From Eledone cirrhosa (lineage: Eukaryota): a DNA stretch of 64,000 nucleotides. The translations under genes and the position numbers were made by a program. The stretch lies in NCBI GenBank assembly GCA_964016885.1, contig OZ024743.1:276396001-276460000 (forward strand). The letters run 5' to 3'. The notes beneath the pieces are model-generated. The model was not told where the DNA came from and did no database searches. It saw only the letters and a program-made list of their open reading frames with translations. This document shows positions 63,601 to 64,000 of this stretch, one piece after another (position 1 is the first letter of the stretch; every line of letters starts with the position of its first letter).

Positions 63601-64000
63601 TAAAGTTGAGATAGGTGTGGGTTTATAGAAGATGGAAGATGTGAGGTTTGGTGGCTGGGAGGAGGTAAAGTTGAGATAGGTGTGGGTTTATAGAAGATGG
63701 AAGATGTGAGGTTTGGTGGCTGGGAGGAGGTAAAGTTGAGATAGGTGTGGGTTTATAGAAGATGGAAGATGTGAGGTTTGGTGGCTGGGAGGAGGTAAAG
63801 TTGAGATAGGTGTGGGTTTATAGAAGATGGAAGATGTGAGGTTTGGTGGCTGGGAGGAGGTAAAGTTGAGATAGGTGTGGGTTTATAGAAGATGGAAGAT
63901 GTGAGGTTTGGTGGCTGGGAGGAGGTAAAGTTGAGATAGGTGTGGGTTTATAGAAGATGGAAGATGTGAGGTTTGGTGGCTGGGAGGAGGTAAAGTTGAG
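63536..64000. repeat. 65-bp perfect tandem repeat (>=7 units, runs off window end) derived from PLE RT sequence
   Basis: taaagttgagataggtgtgggtttatagaagatggaagatgtgaggtttggtggctgggaggagg repeated; minus strand encodes NLTSSIFYKPT. Confidence 0.93.

Noticed and set aside
63536-64000. 65-bp periodicity resembling CRISPR repeat+spacer
   Set aside because: Units are identical throughout and derive from PLE RT

Overview
Repeat-dense, AT-rich animal genomic DNA with no confidently identifiable host gene. The SINE families and the saturation with (TA)n/(CA)n/(CATA)n/(TATC)n microsatellites suggest a cephalopod (octopus-like) genome; this is an inference. Almost all ORFs in the track are microsatellite artefacts. 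Real coding remnants are all transposable elements: a Neptune-type Penelope-like element (PLE; RT + GIY-YIG, 4.1-7.9 kb, minus) and a second PLE fragment (63 kb), a CRE-clade RLE fragment (9.4-10.5 kb), two decayed Tx1-clade LINEs (10.5-14.7 kb; 30.9-35.7 kb), two tandem R4/Dong-like RLE elements (36.2-42.7 kb), an RTE-like 3' end and a mariner fragment, plus many SINEs and MITEs. The most interesting signals are three. (1) At least 8 minimal hammerhead-ribozyme (HHR) motifs occur here, including a retrozyme-like 420-nt direct repeat with two near-intact HHRs and several HHRs embedded in short inverted repeats. (2) The Tx1 family appears to target (TATC)n, with a clean 17-bp TSD at one site. 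(3) The R4-like family appears to target (CATA)n.
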